From Acidobacteriota bacterium (GTDB taxonomy: Bacteria; Acidobacteriota; Thermoanaerobaculia; Multivoradales; JAGPDF01), in assembly GCA_050258075.1 (NCBI GenBank), contig JBLMYC010000184.1, positions 1-58,481 on the forward strand: a DNA stretch of 58,481 nucleotides, given 5' to 3'. A program made the position numbers and the translations under genes. Below the pieces are notes generated by a model that was not told the origin of the DNA, ran no database searches, and saw only the letters and a list, made by a program, of their open reading frames with translations. The first letter of the stretch is position 1, and every line of letters starts with the position of its first letter. Shown piece after piece: positions 10,697 to 19,096 of the stretch.

Positions 10697-11304
10697 GCGC
10701 TCCGTTCTACAAGTACGGCCTGTTCGGCGAAGAGATGTCCTTCGTCTGGGCCTTCGTGATCGGCATCGGCTTCGGGTTCTTCCTCGAGCGCGGCGGCTTC
10801 GGCAGCGCGCGCAAGCTGATGGGGCAGTTCTACCTGAACGATCTGGCGGTGTTCAAAGTGATGTTCACCGCCATCCTCACCGCGGCGCTCGGCCTCTTCT
10901 ACCTCGGCTGGCTGGGCGTTCTCGATCTCTCGCTCGTCTACCTGACGCCGACCTGGGTGCTGCCGCAGCTGGTCGGCGGCCTGCTGCTCGGCGCCGGGTT
11001 CGTGATCGGCGGGTACTGTCCGGGGACTTCGGTGGTGGCGGTGGCTACCGGAAAACTCGATGGGATCGTGTACGTCGCCGGCATCTTCGCCGGCATCTTC
11101 GCGTTCGGCGAGATCTTCCCGCTGGTCAAGGGCTTCTACTCGACGACCGCGATGGGCGTGCAGACGATTCCGCAGTGGAGCGGGATCCCTTACGGTGTGC
11201 TGATCTTCGTGCTGGTGCTGATCGCGCTCGGCGGCTTCGTCGGCGCCGAGGCGCTCGAGCGGCGGGTCGCCGCGAAGGCGGCGGCCGGCGAGAAGGAGGC
11301 CTGA
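10687..11304 (+). CDS. YeeE/YedE-family sulfur-compound transport protein (half-size, part 2)
   Basis: Membrane protein with the IGGYCPGTS motif, paired with the preceding half. Confidence 0.85.
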   Translation: MAMSAPFYKYGLFGEEMSFVWAFVIGIGFGFFLERGGFGSARKLMGQFYLNDLAVFKVMFTAILTAALGLFYLGWLGVLDLSLVYLTPTWVLPQLVGGLLLGAGFVIGGYCPGTSVVAVATGKLDGIVYVAGIFAGIFAFGEIFPLVKGFYSTTAMGVQTIPQWSGIPYGVLIFVLVLIALGGFVGAEALERRVAAKAAAGEKEA

Positions 11305-11305
11305 C

Positions 11306-11959
11306 ATGCAGATCGCCTGGAGCCGCTTCACCGTGAAGCAGAAGCTGGCGCTGATCGCGTTCCTGCTCGGCGCCGTGGCGCTGTTCGGCGATCCGTATCG
11401 CGGTGGCGGCGTGACCGTGCACCCGCAGGAGCTGGCGGTCATCGTCGAGACCCAGGTCGATCACGTCCGTCCGGTCGAGCTGGCGCAGTGGCTGATGGCC
11501 GGACGCAGCGACTACCGGCTGCTCGACCTGCGGACCGCGAAGGAGTTCGCCGAGTATCACATCCCGAACGCCGAGAACGTGCCGATCACCGCCCTCGGCG
11601 ACGCCGGTCTCGAGCGCGACGAGAAGATCGTCGTGTACTCGGAAGGCGGCATCCACTCGGCGCAGGCATGGTTCCTGCTCCGCGCCGAGGGCTATCGCGG
11701 CGTCTACATCCTGTTCGGCGGCCTGGACGGCTGGAAGGACGACGTGCTGTTCCCGGTGCTGCCCGAGAACGCGACTCCCGAGCAGACGGCGGAGTTCGCG
11801 CGCGCCAAGGTCCTGGCCGAGCACTTCGGCGGACAGGCGCGAGTGGGCGGGGCGGTGGTTGCATCCGGCGCTCCAGCCCTGCCGCAGATCCAGGCGCCGG
11901 TCGCGCCGGTCGCCCCGGCCGGAGTCGCCCCGGCCAAGAAGAAGAAGGAAGGCTGCTGA
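11306..11959 (+). CDS. Membrane-anchored rhodanese-homology-domain protein lacking the catalytic Cys, with an Ala/Pro linker and a C-terminal KKKKEGC
   Basis: N-terminal TM helix. Rhodanese fold signature DYRLLDLRTAKEFAEYHIPNAENVP ... VVYSEGGIHSAQAW (Ser where the active-site Cys is expected) ... GGLDGW. The tail is APVAPVAPAGVAPAKKKKEGC followed by the stop. Confidence 0.8.
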   Translation: MQIAWSRFTVKQKLALIAFLLGAVALFGDPYRGGGVTVHPQELAVIVETQVDHVRPVELAQWLMAGRSDYRLLDLRTAKEFAEYHIPNAENVPITALGDAGLERDEKIVVYSEGGIHSAQAWFLLRAEGYRGVYILFGGLDGWKDDVLFPVLPENATPEQTAEFARAKVLAEHFGGQARVGGAVVASGAPALPQIQAPVAPVAPAGVAPAKKKKEGC

Positions 11960-11996
11960 GGTCGGGCGGCGCAGTCGCCGCTCGGCCTTCTGGGAT

Positions 11997-12033
11997 GCCG
12001 CCGGGTACGTCTCCTCCCGGCGGCTCTTTTTCT
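11997..12033 (+). terminator. Rho-independent terminator ending the sulfur operon
   Basis: Perfect 9-bp stem, GCCGCCGGG (11997-12005) with CCCGGCGGC (12016-12024), a 10-nt loop, then TCTTTTTCT. Confidence 0.8.
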
Positions 12034-12059
12034 GTCCGGCGCTGCTACCATCCCGCCGG

Positions 12060-12827
12060 ATGTCCCCCGCGCTGCTCTCCACCCTGCGCCGCTGGATCTC
12101 CCGCGCGTTCGTCGCCAGCCTGTTCCTGTTCGCGCTTGCCGGCTGGCGCAAGGGGCGCCTGGTCGGGCCCTCGGAGATCAGGCCGGAGCTGCTCCGCGAG
12201 CCGGTGCAGGGCGCAACCGACCGCGCGCCGTTCTCCTTCCCGTACCGCGGCAAGGAGTGCCGGGTCAGGCCGGTGGCGGAGTACGAGCTGTGGGGTCTGG
12301 TGGTCAGTCACAACAACATTCACAGCATGGCCGACATCTACCACGACCGCAGCTCGGTCGATACCAAGGACCTCTGCGTCGTCTGGGGGGACAACCTCCA
12401 GCGCGACGACTATCTCCGCGCCACTTTCAAGAGCGGCCCCTTCACCTGCTACGTGAGCTGGACGGATGGGGTCAAGCTGGCGATGAACGAGATCAGCAAC
12501 AACCACCTGATCACCCGCGATGCGGCGATCCGCGCCGCCATCGCCGCGGTCCAGATCGGCGACCAGGTCCATCTCAAGGGTCTGCTGGTCGACTATCAGA
12601 TGGAGGACTGGGAGAAGTTCTGGCGGCGCACCAGCACGACGCGCAACGACTCGGGCTGCGAGGTGGTGCTGGTCGAGGAGCTCGACGTCCTGCAGCGCGG
12701 CACCCCCGGATGGTACGCCCTGTGGCACCTGTCGGGGGCCCTGCTGGTGCTGCTGCCGGTCGCCTGGGGCGTGGTTTTCTGGAAGCAGGCCGGCGCCGAT
12801 CCCCTGGCGCTCGGGCAGATCGACTGA
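12060..12827 (+). CDS. Hypothetical membrane protein (N- and C-terminal TM helices, central soluble domain)
   Basis: ATG at 12060 (MSPALLSTLRRW) follows the terminator. No recognisable motif. Confidence 0.6.
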   Translation: MSPALLSTLRRWISRAFVASLFLFALAGWRKGRLVGPSEIRPELLREPVQGATDRAPFSFPYRGKECRVRPVAEYELWGLVVSHNNIHSMADIYHDRSSVDTKDLCVVWGDNLQRDDYLRATFKSGPFTCYVSWTDGVKLAMNEISNNHLITRDAAIRAAIAAVQIGDQVHLKGLLVDYQMEDWEKFWRRTSTTRNDSGCEVVLVEELDVLQRGTPGWYALWHLSGALLVLLPVAWGVVFWKQAGADPLALGQID

Positions 12828-12834
12828 ATCTCGG

Positions 12835-13380
12835 CTAGTGGCGCAACGGCAGGTCGAAGGCGGCGTGCGCGTCGAGCCAGCGCCGCACGGCAGCCTCCTG
12901 CGCCGGCGTCGGCCGCAGCGGCCAGCCGCGGGCGCGGAGCTGGCCGAGCGCGGTCTCGTACGTCAGGTCGTGGGCGCGAGCGGTGTAGGCGAGGAGCACC
13001 GCGGCGGTGCGCTGCAGCCCGGCCCGGCAGTGGACGTAGATGCGCGGCCCGCGGCGCGCCAGGACGTCGACCAGGATCTCATAGGCGGCGTCGAGCTCCA
13101 CCGCGGCCGGCGCTTCGCCGTCGGGGAGCGGCACCGCGTGGCGGCGGATCCGCAGCCGGTCGAGCTCGGCGATCGCTTCTGCCCCGAAGCGGCCGGGTGC
13201 TTGCCATTCCCGCGGCTGGCGCAGATCGACGACGTCGGTGATGCCGAGCCGGGCGAGGGCCGCGACCTCGGGGGCGTCGAGCGGCGCGCGACCACAGTAC
13301 AGACGCAGACCCAGGTCGTAGATCACCAGCCCGTTGGTCGCGGCGGGCGCGGCGGGAGCGCGGCGCAGCAGGGAGAACAT
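12835..13380 (-). CDS. Dual-specificity / protein-tyrosine phosphatase family protein
   Basis: CX5R P-loop VHCRAGLQRTAAV. 181 aa. Confidence 0.8.
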   Translation of the reverse strand: MFSLLRRAPAAPAATNGLVIYDLGLRLYCGRAPLDAPEVAALARLGITDVVDLRQPREWQAPGRFGAEAIAELDRLRIRRHAVPLPDGEAPAAVELDAAYEILVDVLARRGPRIYVHCRAGLQRTAAVLLAYTARAHDLTYETALGQLRARGWPLRPTPAQEAAVRRWLDAHAAFDLPLRH

Positions 13381-13430
13381 CGTCTCCAGTCTAGTTGAAG
13401 CCGCGCGGAGCGTCTGCGATCATCCGCCCC

Positions 13431-14075
13431 ATGTCGAGCGTGTCGCGTTTCCAGGCCCAGGGCGTGGGCATCCTGCTGTTCCTGTTCATCCCGCTGGTGC
13501 TCTTCCTCTTCGTGCGCCACCCCGAGCCGATCCTCGCCAGCCTCGTCGGCGGCGTCGCGCTGATGCTCGGCCACCGCTTCCTCGCCCGCCCCTGGATGGA
13601 GCGGGTGCACGAGGCGAAGTGCCTGTGGTGCAACCGGATGCTGAACGACGGCGCGGGGGAGAGCTTCGCGCTGGCGGTTGGCGAGACGACCGTCGCGGCG
13701 CGCTGCTGCCCGCAGCACCGCCAGCCGCTCGAGCGCTTCTTCGGTTGGATCGCCGCCGTGCGCCGGTCGCTGCGGGTCGGCATCTTCTTCCCGCTGCTGC
13801 TGCTGCTGGCGGGGCTAGCGCTGGCGGTGGCGGGACGACCCGACTACGTCGCCGACGCGACCGCGTTCTTCCAGCTCGCGGTGGGGATCACGGTCAACGT
13901 CGCGGCCGCCGGACCGCTGATCGGCCGGGCCGACGGTGTGCCGCGGGTGCCCTTCCCGGTGCACAACTTCTTTCTGCTCGGAGTGAACGCGCTGCTCTGG
14001 ATCTTCCGCCTGGTCGGCGCCTGGTGGATCGTCGTCGGCGTCGGTCGCCTGGCCGAGCTCGCCGGACGGGGCTGA
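13431..14075 (+). CDS. Hypothetical polytopic membrane protein with a CxxC...CCxxH loop
   Basis: ATG at 13431 (MSSVSRFQAQG). About 6 hydrophobic segments. The loop reads KCLWCNRM...ARCCPQH. The TTG at 13395 is a possible alternative start. Confidence 0.55.
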   Translation: MSSVSRFQAQGVGILLFLFIPLVLFLFVRHPEPILASLVGGVALMLGHRFLARPWMERVHEAKCLWCNRMLNDGAGESFALAVGETTVAARCCPQHRQPLERFFGWIAAVRRSLRVGIFFPLLLLLAGLALAVAGRPDYVADATAFFQLAVGITVNVAAAGPLIGRADGVPRVPFPVHNFFLLGVNALLWIFRLVGAWWIVVGVGRLAELAGRG

Positions 14076-14080
14076 GGCCC

Positions 14081-15958
14081 CTAACCGACCACGACCGCGC
14101 GCTCGCGCAGCTTGTCGGCGGCGGGGGACTGGGGGGCGTAGGTGAGGATCTTGTTGATCCGCTCGAGCGCCTTGAGGTCGTCGCCCACCGCCTGGTAGAG
14201 CACGACCTCGCCGTAGAGGCTCGAGGCCAGGTTGTTCAGGCGATCGGTGACCTTGGCGGCGTGCGGGCCGGCGGGATACTTCTTCAGATACTCGGCCCCG
14301 TTGCTGATCTCGGCGTACGACGATTCGAGGGTCGCCAGACGCTGCTCCGAGAGCTTCTGGAGCTCGGAATCCTGCTTCTGCAGGGCCAGCTGCTGCAGCG
14401 CTGCGAGCTGGTCGAGCCCGGGGGCGAGATTGCGCAGGCCCGCCAGGGCCTTCCTGCCCGCGTCGCTGTCGGGTTTGGCCTCCCAAGAGCGCAGGTACTG
14501 GCCGACCGCGTCCGACAGGCGGTTCAAACGGGCGTAGGCGTCGCCCAGCGACAGCGCCACCGAGGGCATCTCCGGCGCCTGGGGCCAGTTGTTCTGGAAC
14601 ACCTCGAGGAACGAGGTCTCGTAGATGCCGCCCTGGAGGACGGCCTGGGCCTTCGGGTAGGCCGCCTTCACGTCGGCCTCGAGGGTGGCCTTTTCGCTCG
14701 CCAGGGTCTTGAGCAGTCCGCTCTCGGGCTCGAGCTCGCGCACCTCCTCTTCCTGCGCGGCGTAGTCGCGGATGACCGTGCCGTACTCGCGCTGGAGCTC
14801 GGACTTGCGCAGCTCGCGGTCCCGCGTCGTGTGCAGGCTCTCGAGGCGCAGCCCGTCGGCCCGCTCGCCGCGCGGCCAGGCGACCAGGGCGTCCTGCTTG
14901 AGCAGCCCGAGGATGCCGCCGTCGTCGTGCTTCGGGCGCTCGCCCTGGCCGAGCTCGTCGGGCGATGGCGCGGGCCGGATGCGCTGCGGCTTGCGCGGGT
15001 TGGCGATCGGGCCGGTCATCTCGAGCAGCGCCGTCTGCGTCTGGCGTCGCACGTCGGTGTCGGGCTTCTCGCCGACCATGATCTTCAGCTCGTGGCCGCG
15101 CACGGTCGCGGCCTGGATGCGGCTATCGAAGAAGGGGTGGGTCTGCCAGTAGCCGTACTTCTTGTCCTGCGGCAGGCGCTCCGACATCAGCGCGAACAGC
15201 TGGCGGGCGCCGTCGGGATCGAAGCCCGCCGCCGCCGCCCAGCGCTGCCCCTCGTCGTCCGCCTGATCCTCGAACTCGCGGCTGTAGCTGCGCAGCAGCA
15301 GCTCCGAGAGGATCAGCCCCGCGGCCGCGGTGCCCTGGATCATGTCGCTCGAGCGCTTCGCGTCGGCGACGCCGTAGGGGTCGTAGACCGGCGGCGCGGA
15401 GCGGTTGCCGCGCTCGGCGCCGATCATGACGCCGAGCAGCGCCGCCTGGCTGAGGATGTTGAGCAGAGTGGCGCGGCGCTGCATCTTGATCTGATGGCCG
15501 AGCGCGACGTGCGCGATCTCGTGACCGAGCAGGCAGGCGAGCTCGTCGTCGTTGAGGCCCATCTCGATCATGCCGCGGGTGACGAAGATCTGCCCTCCCG
15601 GCAGGGCGAAGGCGTTCGGCTCCGGCATGTCGATCAGGTGGAACGAGTAGGGCATCTTGCGATAGCCCGTCTCGCGCACCAGGCGGTAGCCGATGTCGGC
15701 GACGTGGCGCAGCTTGCGAGGCTCGTCCCAGCCGCCAAACTGCTGCAGCGCCTCGTGGGCCGCCTCCAGGCTCTTCTGGAAGAGGTCGGGGTCGGTGACC
15801 GTGACGACACTCGGCTCGGCGTCGGACGACGACGCGGCTGGCGCGGCGGTCTGGGCCTTGGCCGGCCCGGTCGGCCGGGGGGCCGTCTGGGCAAAGCCGG
15901 ACGGTGCTACAAGCAGGGCAACGAGGGTCGGGACGAGGGCGCGGGCACACCAACGCAT
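14081..15958 (-). CDS. Secreted M48-family zinc metalloprotease with a C-terminal helical-repeat (TPR-like) region
   Basis: Signal peptide ending GFAQ. HExxH motif in LLGHEIAHVALGH. Long helical C-terminal half. Confidence 0.85.
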   Translation of the reverse strand: MRWCARALVPTLVALLVAPSGFAQTAPRPTGPAKAQTAAPAASSSDAEPSVVTVTDPDLFQKSLEAAHEALQQFGGWDEPRKLRHVADIGYRLVRETGYRKMPYSFHLIDMPEPNAFALPGGQIFVTRGMIEMGLNDDELACLLGHEIAHVALGHQIKMQRRATLLNILSQAALLGVMIGAERGNRSAPPVYDPYGVADAKRSSDMIQGTAAAGLILSELLLRSYSREFEDQADDEGQRWAAAAGFDPDGARQLFALMSERLPQDKKYGYWQTHPFFDSRIQAATVRGHELKIMVGEKPDTDVRRQTQTALLEMTGPIANPRKPQRIRPAPSPDELGQGERPKHDDGGILGLLKQDALVAWPRGERADGLRLESLHTTRDRELRKSELQREYGTVIRDYAAQEEEVRELEPESGLLKTLASEKATLEADVKAAYPKAQAVLQGGIYETSFLEVFQNNWPQAPEMPSVALSLGDAYARLNRLSDAVGQYLRSWEAKPDSDAGRKALAGLRNLAPGLDQLAALQQLALQKQDSELQKLSEQRLATLESSYAEISNGAEYLKKYPAGPHAAKVTDRLNNLASSLYGEVVLYQAVGDDLKALERINKILTYAPQSPAADKLRERAVVVG

Positions 15959-16049
15959 GCGTTTTCAGTGTAGCAGGATCCGTGCCGGCCTTCGCTCCCG
16001 CCCGACCGGGTGGCTGGCTGTGCTAATTTGTCGCGCCGTGAGCGACCTC

Positions 16050-16316
16050 ATGATCGAAGTCCCGACCAGCAAGCCGTCCATGGCCGAGGTCCGGCCGGCG
16101 CTGGACGCCGCGCTGCAGAAGGAGTTCCCCGGCGGCATGCTGCAGCGCCGCTGGGAAGGCGACGTGCTGCACCTCTCGGGCCCGGGTGCCCAGGGCACCA
16201 TCGTCCTGGATGGCGGACGCCTGCTCGGCCAGGCGAGGCTCGGTCCGCCGGCCAGTCTGATGCGCCCGGTGATCGAGAACAAGATCGGCTCGGCGCTGCG
16301 CGCCGCGGCCTCCTGA
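16050..16316 (+). CDS. Small protein resembling the putative polyhydroxyalkanoic acid system protein family
   Basis: 88 aa. The pattern ...RRWEGDVLHLSGPGAQGTIVLDGGRL... matches my recollection of that family. The start could be the GTG at 16038. Confidence 0.5.
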   Translation: MIEVPTSKPSMAEVRPALDAALQKEFPGGMLQRRWEGDVLHLSGPGAQGTIVLDGGRLLGQARLGPPASLMRPVIENKIGSALRAAAS

Positions 16317-16340
16317 AGCCCCGCGCCAGCTCTCTTGCTG

Positions 16341-16373
16341 TTTGCCGCATTGCGGCAAAAATGGCGCTACAAT
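16341..16373 (+). promoter_or_regulatory. Perfect 9-1-9 palindrome (candidate operator) next to a TACAAT -10-like hexamer upstream of the thiolase operon
   Basis: TTTGCCGCA-T-TGCGGCAAA at 16341-16359. TACAAT at 16368-16373. ATG at 16434 is preceded by GGGAGG. Confidence 0.4.
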
Positions 16374-16433
16374 GGCGGAGGCCGCGGCCCTGCCTGGCCC
16401 AGGCTCCGCATCGTTGGTTCCTAGGGAGGTCGC

Positions 16434-17876
16434 ATGCCTGACACGCCTTCGCAGCCGAATGCGGGCTCCGTCGCCGCCGAGAACGCGCCGGCCGTGCGCG
16501 AGGAGATCGGTGGTCGCGCGGACACCGTCTGGACGCGCGGTCCGGGCGCACCGGCGCTGATCGGCAAGACCGGACGCTGGACGCTGCGCGGGCCGCACGG
16601 CCGGGTGGCGATCGTCGACGGCTGCCGCACGCCGTTCGCCAAGGCCGGCACCGACCTCCAGGACATGGACGTGATCGATCTCGCCGCCGCGCCGGCGACG
16701 GAGGTCGTGGCGCGCACCGGCATCGACCCGCACGAGATCGAGCGCTCGATCTTCGGCTGCGTGATCCCGGCGCTGCACGCACCCAACCTGGGCCGCGAGG
16801 TGGCGTTCCGCGCCAGCTTGCCGATGAACGTCCCGGGCTACGGCGTCAGCCTGGCCTGCGCCTCGTCGAACCGGGCCATCACGTCGGGCGCCGAGGCGAT
16901 CCTCGTCGGCGAGTGCGACGTGGTGCTGGCCGGTGGCGCCGAGTCTCTGTCCAACGTCCCGATCCAGGTCTCCAGGCCGCTGGCTCGCCGGCTGATGGAG
17001 CTCAACAAGGCGAAGTCGCTGGGCCAGAAGCTGGCGATCGGCGCGAAGATCAAGCTCAAGCACCTGGCGCCGGTGCCGCCGGCGATCGCCGAGTACACGA
17101 CTGGCATGACGATGGGCGATGCGTGCGAGAAGATGGCCAAGGAGAACGACGTGTCGCGCCGCGCTCAGGACGAGATCGCGCTGCTCTCACACCGGCGCGC
17201 GGCGACGGCCGCCGGCGACGGCCGCTTCACCGGACAGATCGTCGCAGCCTTCCCGCCGCCGCGTTACGACAAGGCGGTCATGACCGACAACGGGGTGCGC
17301 AGCGACACGACGATCGAGGCGCTCGGGCAGCTGCGCCCGGTGTTCGATCGGCGCTACGGCACGCTCACCGCCGGCAACTCGAGCCCGATCACCGATGGCG
17401 GGGCGGCGGTTCTCCTGATGAGCGAGGAGAAGGCGAAGGCGCTCGGCCTGCAGCCGCTGGGCTACATCCGCTCGTGGGCCTACGCCGCGCTCGACCCGGC
17501 GACGCAGCTCCTGCAGGGCCCCGCCTACGCCGCGCCGCTGGCGCTCGATCGCGCCGGATTGACGCTCCGTGAGGTCGATCTGGTGGAGATGCACGAGGCC
17601 TTTGCGGCGCAGATCGTCTCCAATCTGAAGGCGTTCGCATCGAAGAAGTTCGCCACCGAGGAGCTCAACCGCACGGCGCCCCTCGGCGAGGTGGATCTCG
17701 AGCGCTTCAACGTCACCGGCGGCTCGATCGCGATCGGCCATCCGTTCGGCGCCACCGGGGCGCGCATCACCGTGCAGCTCCTGAGCGAGCTGCGCCGTCG
17801 CGGCCAGAACCTCGGCCTGATGACGGTGTGCGCCGCGGGCGGCATGGGCTTCGCGATGGTGGTGGAGCGCGCCTAG
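16434..17876 (+). CDS. Acetyl-CoA C-acyltransferase (3-ketoacyl-CoA thiolase, FadI/FadA-like)
   Basis: Active-site Cys in SLACASSNRAI. Also NSSPITDGGAA, GGSIAIGHPFGATGARI and CAAGGMGFAMVVE. Confidence 0.9.
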   Translation: MPDTPSQPNAGSVAAENAPAVREEIGGRADTVWTRGPGAPALIGKTGRWTLRGPHGRVAIVDGCRTPFAKAGTDLQDMDVIDLAAAPATEVVARTGIDPHEIERSIFGCVIPALHAPNLGREVAFRASLPMNVPGYGVSLACASSNRAITSGAEAILVGECDVVLAGGAESLSNVPIQVSRPLARRLMELNKAKSLGQKLAIGAKIKLKHLAPVPPAIAEYTTGMTMGDACEKMAKENDVSRRAQDEIALLSHRRAATAAGDGRFTGQIVAAFPPPRYDKAVMTDNGVRSDTTIEALGQLRPVFDRRYGTLTAGNSSPITDGGAAVLLMSEEKAKALGLQPLGYIRSWAYAALDPATQLLQGPAYAAPLALDRAGLTLREVDLVEMHEAFAAQIVSNLKAFASKKFATEELNRTAPLGEVDLERFNVTGGSIAIGHPFGATGARITVQLLSELRRRGQNLGLMTVCAAGGMGFAMVVERA

Positions 17877-17908
17877 CCGCTCGCCGACCGGCTGCTGGAG
17901 TCGTCGCG

Positions 17909-19096
17909 GTGTCGCTTTCGCCCCTCGCCGGATTTCTGATCGTCGATCTCAGCCGCTACCTGCCCGGTCCTTACGCCACCCGCCTGCTCGCCGACCTCGG
18001 CGCGCGAGTCGTGAAGGTGGAGGAGCCCGGCGAGGGCGACCCGGTGCGCGCCGCGCCGCCGCACCGCGGTGGGACGAGCGCGCTCGCGGCGCTCCTGCTG
18101 CACGGCCAGGAGAGCGTGGCGCTCGATCTCAAGCAGCCGGCGGCACGCGAGGTGCTGGTCGCGCTGCTCGCGCGCGCCGACGTGCTGGTCGAGACGCTGC
18201 GGCCGGGGACGCTCGCGCGCCTGGGCCTGGCGCCGCAGGACCTGCGCCGCCGCTTCCCCCGCCTGGTCGTCTGCTCGCTCTCCGGCTTCGGTCAGGACGG
18301 CCCGCAGTCGGGGCGCGCCGGCCACGACCTGACGTATCAGGCGCTCGCCGGCCTGCTGGCGCCGACCGCCGAGATGCCGTCGTTTCCCGCCGCGGACATC
18401 CTCGGCTCGTGGGCGGTCGCGACCTCGATCCTCGCCGCGCTGCTCGCCCGCGAGAAGAGCGGCGAGGGCGCCTGGATCGACACCTCGATGCTCGACGCAG
18501 CGGCGCACGCCAACGTTGCGGCGTGGGCGGTCGAGGCGGGCGGGCCGCAACCGGCCGGGCGGCGGCTGCCGCTGACCGGCGCGATGGCGTGCTACAACCT
18601 GTACCGGGCGAAGGACGGCGGCTTCGTCGCCTTCGCAGCGCTCGAGCCCAAGCACTGGCGCCGGTTTTGCGCGGACGTCGGCCGGCCGCGCTGGACCGCA
18701 CGTCAGTTCGATCGTTCGCCGGCGCTGCGCCGCGAGGTCGCGGCGCTGATCGCGAGCCGCACCCGTGCCGAGTGGGCGGAGTGGTTCGTGGCGCGCGACT
18801 TCCCGGGCGAGCCGGTGCTGTCCGCCGCCGAGGCCGCGGCGCACCCGCAGATGCGGGCGCGCGGCGTGCTCGAGCGCGGACCGGAGGGGCTGCCGCGGCT
18901 GCGCTACCCGGCGCGCTTCGACGGCGCTCGCCCGATCGGCGAAGATGAGATGCCGGGCCTGGGCGAGCACACCGGCGCGGTGCTCGCAGAGTGGCAGCGG
19001 CCCGAGGCGGCGGAGAGGCCGCGCACGCTCGCGGCGCGCGGCATCGGATCGAAGTGGAGCTGGCGGAGGATCCTGTGGCGTCGCTTTTCACGCTGA
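17909..19096 (+). CDS. Family III CoA-transferase (CaiB/BaiF) / alpha-methylacyl-CoA racemase-like protein
   Basis: N-terminal DLSRYLPGPYATRLLADLGARVVKVE. Also GFGQDGP...GHDLTYQALAG. GTG at 17909 was chosen to avoid overlap with the thiolase. Confidence 0.8.
   Translation: MSLSPLAGFLIVDLSRYLPGPYATRLLADLGARVVKVEEPGEGDPVRAAPPHRGGTSALAALLLHGQESVALDLKQPAAREVLVALLARADVLVETLRPGTLARLGLAPQDLRRRFPRLVVCSLSGFGQDGPQSGRAGHDLTYQALAGLLAPTAEMPSFPAADILGSWAVATSILAALLAREKSGEGAWIDTSMLDAAAHANVAAWAVEAGGPQPAGRRLPLTGAMACYNLYRAKDGGFVAFAALEPKHWRRFCADVGRPRWTARQFDRSPALRREVAALIASRTRAEWAEWFVARDFPGEPVLSAAEAAAHPQMRARGVLERGPEGLPRLRYPARFDGARPIGEDEMPGLGEHTGAVLAEWQRPEAAERPRTLAARGIGSKWSWRRILWRRFSR

Noticed and set aside
18991-19074. 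Upstream GTG/ATG starts for the FadJ-like gene (18991, 19054)
   Set aside because: They create 43-106-nt overlaps with the preceding gene and translate to Arg/Gly/Ala-rich sequence. GTG 19075 has a GGAGGA Shine-Dalgarno and still includes the conserved crotonase N-terminus. The start remains uncertain.
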